Shown here piece after piece: positions 58,457-64,000 of a DNA stretch of 64,000 bases. Numbering within the stretch: position 1 is the stretch's first letter; each line of letters starts with the position of its first letter. The notes under the pieces are model-generated. The model had not been told where the DNA came from. It saw only the letters and a program-made list of their open reading frames with translations, and ran no database searches. The position numbers and the translations under genes are program-made. Source of the stretch: Candidatus Hadarchaeum sp. (lineage in GTDB: Archaea; Hadarchaeota; Hadarchaeia; Hadarchaeales; Hadarchaeaceae); assembly GCF_038871235.1 (NCBI RefSeq), contig NZ_JAVZIN010000003.1:54744-118743 (forward strand). The letters are read 5' to 3'.

Positions 58457-59809
58457 ATGTCCCTGAGAAGTTTCTTTGAGCCATCAAGCGTTGCCGTGAT
58501 TGGCGCCTCGCGCGAGCCGGGTAAACTGGGTCATGAGATATTCAAAAATATAATTGATGCTGGTTATAAGGGAAATATCTATCCGGTGAATCCAAAGGCA
58601 CCCGATGTTTTGGGAGTAAGGTGCTATCCATCCATTAAACAAGTCCCGGGCGAGGTTGAACTTGCTGTGGTGATAGTTCCCGCGCGTTTTGTCCCCTCCG
58701 TGATCTCAGATTGTGGCGAGAAGGGGGTCAAGGCCGCGGTGGTCATCTCGGGTGGCTTTGGTGAGACCGGACCTTCAGGTGCCGAGCTGGAGCGCCAGCT
58801 GGTGGAGACTGCAAAAAAAGCAGGGATTAGAATAGTCGGCCCCAACTGTCAAGGAGTTAATAGCACATCAGTAGGTCTTTGTGCCAGTTGGCCGCTTGTC
58901 AGGACAAAAGGATCGATATCGGTGATTTCCCAAAGCGGAACAGTTTTGGCCGCAATCGCCTGCTGGGCCGAAGAAGAGAAGGTGGGCGTGGACAAGATAG
59001 TGGCGTTGGGAAATAAATGCGATGTGGATGAAACTGAGCTTCTTGATTATTTCTCCAACGAACCCGCAACTAGAGTCATTGCGCTTTACATCGAGGGCGT
59101 CAGAGACGGAAGAAAATTTTTCAGAGTCGCTCGTGCTGCGGCTGAGAAAAAGCCGATCGTGGTCTTGAAGAGCGGGAGGACGGCTAAGGGCGCTCTCGCC
59201 GTGGCCTCGCATACACGATCACTTGCAGGAAAGGACGCGATATTTGATTCGGTATTCAAGCAGGCAGGCGTCCAGAGGGTTTCAAGTGTGGAAGAGTTGT
59301 ATGATGTCTGCAAGGCATTTGCGTCTCTGCCATTGCCCACCGGCAAAGATGTGGCCATAATCACAAGCTCAGGTGGCTCCGGCATCCTAGCCCTTGACAC
59401 TTGTGTGGAACTCGGGATGAACGCTCCGGACCTGCCTCCTGAAACGCGCGAGAAGTTAAAGGAAAAACTGCCTCCGGAGTGCATCCTGCGGAACCCGCTT
59501 GACCTAACCGGTAGCGCGACATCTCAAATGTATGATGAAGCAATTACAGCGTTGGATGCATCGGGCGTGATCGATGCTTTCGTGGTGATTGTCGGAGACC
59601 CGATGCCGGGAATCTCGGATGTTATCGTCAAACACGTTTCGCGTGGCAAGACCATAGTTCCAGTTATGTTGGGGGGAGGCAAGGCGGAAGCTGAGGAAAG
59701 GAAGAAATTGGCGGATTCAGGGGTACCTGTGTATTCAGACCCAGTTCGTGCAGTTAGAGCCCTGTCTGCTTGTGTGCGCCGTGCCCTGTGGAAAAGTTCA
59801 TCTCAATAG
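58457..59809 (+). CDS. acdA: ADP-forming acyl-CoA synthetase alpha subunit
   Basis: VAVIGASR, YPVNP, GPNCQG, SQSG, LYIEG, ASHT (phospho-His), SGGSG and NPLDLTG. Start at ATG 58457, after GGTGA. Confidence 0.9.
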   Translation: MSLRSFFEPSSVAVIGASREPGKLGHEIFKNIIDAGYKGNIYPVNPKAPDVLGVRCYPSIKQVPGEVELAVVIVPARFVPSVISDCGEKGVKAAVVISGGFGETGPSGAELERQLVETAKKAGIRIVGPNCQGVNSTSVGLCASWPLVRTKGSISVISQSGTVLAAIACWAEEEKVGVDKIVALGNKCDVDETELLDYFSNEPATRVIALYIEGVRDGRKFFRVARAAAEKKPIVVLKSGRTAKGALAVASHTRSLAGKDAIFDSVFKQAGVQRVSSVEELYDVCKAFASLPLPTGKDVAIITSSGGSGILALDTCVELGMNAPDLPPETREKLKEKLPPECILRNPLDLTGSATSQMYDEAITALDASGVIDAFVVIVGDPMPGISDVIVKHVSRGKTIVPVMLGGGKAEAEERKKLADSGVPVYSDPVRAVRALSACVRRALWKSSSQ

Positions 59810-59860
59810 CATGAGCTTTGACAATATTTAAAAGATAAAATTGCTATTTCACTACAAGAG

Positions 59861-61327
59861 GTGGCAGTCTTGGTAGGTTTGAAAGGCGGACAACTTGAAA
59901 TTCTGTCTCAAGATGAGGTATACAAAATTCACCAGAAGACAATACAGGTTTTAGAAAAAGTTGGCGTTAAAGTTCTGGAGCCCAACGCCTTCAAAATTTT
60001 AAAGGATAACGGCGCGGAAGTGGACCCTGAGACAAACCGGGTTTATCTTCCTGAGCATTTGGTTAAGGAGGCGCTGAAGAAGGCACCGGGAGAATTTACT
60101 CTCCATGCTCGAAATCCAAAGTACGACGTTAAAATCGAAAAGAAACGCGTCTACTTCGGGCCGATGATAGGCCGGATTTACATCCTTGATCTTGAAACAG
60201 GGAAAAGGCGCATGACTAATTTAAAGGATGTAGAAAATTTGTGCAAAGTCGTTGACGCGATGGAGACCTACAGGCTTATCCACGGTGGCGCTGTCATGCC
60301 CAACATCGACGGCGTGCCGGGCAAGGTTACCCACGTGCTGGGTTATATCGCCAGCGTTAAGAACACCTCAAAAGTGGTTAAAGCGACGGCTCGCGGCACC
60401 CAGCGGGCGAGGGATTGTTTAAAAATGGCCGCGATTTTAGCGGGCGGAGAGGAGGAACTGCGCAAGAAGCCGATGGTCTATACAACAGTAAATCCAATCA
60501 GTCCGCTTCAGCATGCAACCGATATGACGGAGGGTCTTTTGGAATATGCCAAGATGGGCCAGCCCGTTGACTTCGGTGTTGAGATCCAAGCTGGCGCCAC
60601 TGGTCCGGTTACTTTGGCCGGTGTTCTGGTGCAACAGGGTGCGGAGATCCTAAGTGGCGTTACCATAGCACAGCTCGTCAACCCAGGTACTCCTGTGTTC
60701 TACGGCACCTGTTCGACCATTATGGATATGAAACGGGGGCACATAGCTTTGGGCGCGATCGAGGCCGGCATCTTAAACGTGGCATCGGCGCAGATGGCGA
60801 GGTATTATAACTTACCATGTAGGGGAACTGCTGGAGATACTGAATCCAAACTGATCGATGTTCAAAACGGCTATGAAAGAGCGTTGAACTTGTTGCTGGC
60901 TTCCCTCGCTGGCGTGAATTATATTTTCTACCCTGGGACATTAGAGTCGGCCCGAACTATTAGTCTGGAGCAGCTAGTTATCGACGATGAAATTTGTGGC
61001 ATGATTTACCGCGTCCTGAAAGGAATTAAGGTAGATGAGGATACCTTAGCTTATGATGTAATAGCTCAAACCGGGCCGGGTGGGCATTATTTGGACAAAA
61101 TGCACACATTAAAGTACCTGATGGAAGAGCAGTATTTTCCAAAAATAAGTGACAGGGAGACGCGGGAAAACTGGGAGAAGGCGGGCTCGAAAGACCTGTG
61201 GCAAGTGGCTCGGGAAAAAGTTAAAGAGATCCTCAAGACACATGAGCCTGACCCGTTGGATAAAGAAATTGAAAAGCAGTTAATTGAGTATGCTAAAGAA
61301 GTTGAGAAAAGGGAGAGTAAATTCTAA
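59861..61327 (+). CDS. MttB-superfamily (trimethylamine methyltransferase-like) protein without pyrrolysine
   Basis: IHQKTIQVLEKVGV, NPISPL, AGATGPVTLAG, AQLVNPGTPV, EQLVIDDE and GPGGHYL. No in-frame TAG. Confidence 0.92.
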   Translation: MAVLVGLKGGQLEILSQDEVYKIHQKTIQVLEKVGVKVLEPNAFKILKDNGAEVDPETNRVYLPEHLVKEALKKAPGEFTLHARNPKYDVKIEKKRVYFGPMIGRIYILDLETGKRRMTNLKDVENLCKVVDAMETYRLIHGGAVMPNIDGVPGKVTHVLGYIASVKNTSKVVKATARGTQRARDCLKMAAILAGGEEELRKKPMVYTTVNPISPLQHATDMTEGLLEYAKMGQPVDFGVEIQAGATGPVTLAGVLVQQGAEILSGVTIAQLVNPGTPVFYGTCSTIMDMKRGHIALGAIEAGILNVASAQMARYYNLPCRGTAGDTESKLIDVQNGYERALNLLLASLAGVNYIFYPGTLESARTISLEQLVIDDEICGMIYRVLKGIKVDEDTLAYDVIAQTGPGGHYLDKMHTLKYLMEEQYFPKISDRETRENWEKAGSKDLWQVAREKVKEILKTHEPDPLDKEIEKQLIEYAKEVEKRESKF

Positions 61328-61367
61328 AATTGGTCAAGCAATCGCAGCGAGTCAATAGGTAGTTTAT

Positions 61368-62411
61368 CTATACCCAAATCGGTTCGTTCCAAAGCGTTAA
61401 AGTTTTTCCTATTCCCTCTTTTTTAGCCCTTTCGTAGATCATGGAAGCTACTGCAACGTCTTCGTGCGCCATACCGATGGGAGCAAAGAAAATTCTTTCG
61501 TGGTCGTTTTCTCTTCCAGGTTTCTTTCCGGCAACTATTTCGTCAAAATTAGCGTAGATATCGCTGTCGGTGATCAGTTTTTCATCATACATTCTCGCCA
61601 GAACCGGTGTCCGGCGATGTTTGACCACATGCCAGTCGTCCACCACAATTTTATCTGAGTTGAGAACCACATCGTATTCTTCCTCCACATAAGAGCCGAT
61701 GTGAATGAACAGGCTTCCTTCCTTGACCCATTTTTCCTTGACTATTGGCTCGTTCGCCACAGTTGCTGTGACGATAACATCAGCGCCCTTGACGGCCTCT
61801 TCTGGCGATTCGACGAATTTCGTGGTTATCCCAGTGAGTTTTTCAATGTCCCTTGCGCCTTGGATTCCCCTTTCTTTCGATTTATCAAAGCCACGAATTT
61901 CCTTTAAAGATGGCAGCGCTTCTTTTATTGCCATGGCCTGAGTCTTAGCCTGTACGCCGAGGCCTATTAAGCAGAGAACTTCCGAATTTTTGCGAGCGAG
62001 ATATTTTGCTCCCAAGCCCCCAACGGCTCCTGTCCGTACCGCGCTTGGTATTGTACCATCCATGACGGCCAAGGGCAACCCTGTTTGAGTGTCGTTGAGG
62101 ATGATAAGCGCGCTAGCCCTAGGTAAACCGCGTTGAAACGGGTTTTTCGGGAAGCTAGGGATCCACTTTATCCCCGCGACTTCCCAGTCACCACCGATAT
62201 AAGCAGCCAAGCCGTTCATTCGCCCTCTTTCCTGCTCCCCAGGAGGTAACTCCATAACAATTTTATCCGGGATGACAACCTGCCCCGCGTTAAGAAGTTT
62301 AAAAGCTCTCTCGATGGCTTCCATAGCCATTTTCATGTCAAGGCCGCCCGCCGCTCTGACGTCTTCTTGACTCAGGTACAAAAATTCGACCTTTTTGGTC
62401 ATCGTTTTCAC
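61368..62411 (-). CDS. Ornithine cyclodeaminase/mu-crystallin family protein (SbnB-like N-terminal motif)
   Basis: AGIKWIPSFPKN...GLPRASALIILND..TGLP, SAVRTGA, IGLGVQA, KPGREN and GMAHED. Confidence 0.88.
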   Translation of the reverse strand: MKTMTKKVEFLYLSQEDVRAAGGLDMKMAMEAIERAFKLLNAGQVVIPDKIVMELPPGEQERGRMNGLAAYIGGDWEVAGIKWIPSFPKNPFQRGLPRASALIILNDTQTGLPLAVMDGTIPSAVRTGAVGGLGAKYLARKNSEVLCLIGLGVQAKTQAMAIKEALPSLKEIRGFDKSKERGIQGARDIEKLTGITTKFVESPEEAVKGADVIVTATVANEPIVKEKWVKEGSLFIHIGSYVEEEYDVVLNSDKIVVDDWHVVKHRRTPVLARMYDEKLITDSDIYANFDEIVAGKKPGRENDHERIFFAPIGMAHEDVAVASMIYERAKKEGIGKTLTLWNEPIWV

Positions 62412-62548
62412 CCGTTATCCTACTCATTTTCTGGTATTTAAAAATAAAGGCCGACCCAACTTAGAGTTAAAATTTCTTTTTTATTTTAGACGATTTTCGG
62501 ACAAAACGTGATTTAATTGTTTAACCACTAGAAAATACTATTTGATAG

Positions 62549-63745
62549 GTGTCAGAAATGAATTTTGGTAACAAAGGATATACTCGTTGGTTAATAGTGG
62601 TTGCCTCATTTCTAGCGCTGTTGGTCGTTGGTGCTAAATATGTTTTTGGTATTTTTATTCCTTACTTGCACGCGGAGTTTGGTTGGTCAAGCGCTGAAAT
62701 TTCATTGGCTTTTTCCATCTCTTTTTTATTTACAACTTTTCTTGCATATCTGATGGGCAAGGCAAGCGATAAATTTGGAGTAAGAAGAGTCATGATCCTT
62801 GGCGCAGTTCTCGTGAGTGCGGGTTATTTTTTTGCCGGCAGAGTTCGCTCTTTAATGGAGCTTTATCTTTCTTTTACTTTTATCGGGATCGGATCAAGTA
62901 CACTATATGTTCCACCCGTGTCTACTATCGCGCGATGGTTTGATAAACAGCAAGGATTAGCCACCGGCATAGCAATCACCGCATTGAGTTTTGGTTTGGT
63001 TTTCTTTTCACCCTTGGCGCAGATATTGATTCGTGATTTTGGTTGGAGATCAACCTTTCTTATCTTTGGCGCTTTTATTGCGGTTATATTGATGGTTTCA
63101 ATTTTACTCATGAAAGAAAATCCAGATGTAAAAGAATTTTCGAAGGTAAGCTCTGAAAATGCAGAAAAGTCGATAGATTGCGACGTGAAAGAGGCGATGA
63201 GAAGAAGACCGTTTTGGTACTTTTATTTAACCTTGGCCCTTGCTAGTTTTGGAGTTTTTGCTATTACAGTCCATATTGTGCCATTTGCAATTAAAAATGG
63301 TGTAGAAGAGTTCCAAGCTAGCATCGCTTTGTTTTTGGTCGGGATATTCAGCATTTTGACTCGTATTTTAGGTGGTTGGATGGCTGAAAAACTTGGGGTG
63401 GTTAAAATGCTAATAATTTTCCTGTGTGTACAGGCAATTTCTACATTTGGGCTTTTAATTTCAGGAGGCACATTATTTGTCTATTTGGTTGCATCAGGTA
63501 TAGGCATTGCATGGGGAGGCTGGGCTGCAGCTTATCCCGTCACATTAAGAAAATTTTTTGGAACTAAAAATTTGGGTGCAATAATGGGGGCGTATGAACT
63601 CGGGATCGGTATGGGTGGCATGGCGGGGCCAGCGATTGTTGGATACATTTTTGATATTTTTAATACATATGCTTTGGCTTTTCTACTATGTGGATTCATT
63701 GATACGTTAGCAATTCTGATTTCGATCTTGTTAAAAAGAAGCTAA
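62549..63745 (+). CDS. MFS transporter (monocarboxylate/OFA-like)
   Basis: GKASDKFGVRR, RWFDKQQGLATGI, GWRSTF and FFGTKNLGAIMG. About 12 TM helices. Confidence 0.9.
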   Translation: MSEMNFGNKGYTRWLIVVASFLALLVVGAKYVFGIFIPYLHAEFGWSSAEISLAFSISFLFTTFLAYLMGKASDKFGVRRVMILGAVLVSAGYFFAGRVRSLMELYLSFTFIGIGSSTLYVPPVSTIARWFDKQQGLATGIAITALSFGLVFFSPLAQILIRDFGWRSTFLIFGAFIAVILMVSILLMKENPDVKEFSKVSSENAEKSIDCDVKEAMRRRPFWYFYLTLALASFGVFAITVHIVPFAIKNGVEEFQASIALFLVGIFSILTRILGGWMAEKLGVVKMLIIFLCVQAISTFGLLISGGTLFVYLVASGIGIAWGGWAAAYPVTLRKFFGTKNLGAIMGAYELGIGMGGMAGPAIVGYIFDIFNTYALAFLLCGFIDTLAILISILLKRS

Positions 63746-63760
63746 ACGCTTAGTCAAAGA

Positions 63761-64000
63761 TTATCTCTTAAATTTCAACCCAAGGTCTTCCATCTCTTTT
63801 TTAACTTTATCATATAGCTCAAGGAATTCTTTTCTGGGCGTGACGGTTTTTACATCATAGATTTCGTCAAATGTGTGCCCCCAAGGTCCACCCTCTTTGG
63901 TGATCCTGTCCTCATATTTTTTCAGCAGCTCATTGACGATCTCGTTCGCGTCATCTGGCTTCAAACCCGCTGCAGCATACGAGACCTCAGCCAGCCATCT
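63761..64000 (-). CDS. C-terminal fragment of a third MtmB-family protein; truncated by the window edge
   Basis: AEVSYAAAGLKPDDANEIVNELLKKYE...GHTFDEIYDVKTVTP...LYDKVKKEMEDLGL matches the C-termini of the other two copies. Confidence 0.85.
   Translation of the reverse strand, partial: RWLAEVSYAAAGLKPDDANEIVNELLKKYEDRITKEGGPWGHTFDEIYDVKTVTPRKEFLELYDKVKKEMEDLGLKFKR

Noticed and set aside
3769-61327. Pyrrolysine (TAG) readthrough in the mtmB/mttB homologues
   Set aside because: The full-length copies are uninterrupted, with sense codons at the Pyl-equivalent positions. No pyl genes or tRNA-Pyl were seen.
1-64000. CRISPR arrays, rRNA, tRNA, IS elements, integrases or prophage genes
   Set aside because: I found no regularly spaced repeats, cloverleaf-like sequences or transposase/integrase motifs by eye. 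A short or intron-containing tRNA could have been missed.

Overview
Archaeal chromosomal segment: archaeal-type ribosomal proteins, aIF6, prefoldin, Nep1, TATA-like promoters and GGTGA ribosome-binding sites. The organism is probably an anaerobic, F420-using heterotroph; a Hadarchaeota-like lineage is my inference only. Five blocks are visible. (1) 1-7.4 kb: catabolic module with tungsten AOR plus ferredoxin, Fe-ADH, a pyrrolysine-free MtmB-like methyltransferase, a corrinoid protein and Na+/solute symporters. (2) 7.5-16.1 kb: signalling locus combining a KaiC-like ATPase, a GH3-family acyl-adenylating enzyme, a stand-alone HisKA_7TM-like receptor, two DUF835 proteins, a MEDS-like/PadR fusion and more wHTH regulators. 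This is the best candidate for an undescribed system. (3) 16.1-31.4 kb: housekeeping genes (nep1 to ftsY), a C/D-box sRNA, trpB2 and a clustered F420 biosynthesis set with mer. (4) 31.4-40.7 kb: arsenic-resistance-like cluster containing a B12 radical SAM enzyme, then gcvT with an FrhB-family gene. (5) 40.8-64 kb: amine/amino-acid/heterocycle catabolic island with more Pyl-free MtmB/MttB homologues, a YgeW-like carbamoyltransferase, a cyclic amidohydrolase, two PreA-like enzymes, IorAB, AcdA, AOR and transporters. I saw no CRISPR array, rRNA, tRNA or transposase. All family calls come from motif recognition by eye; no searches were run.
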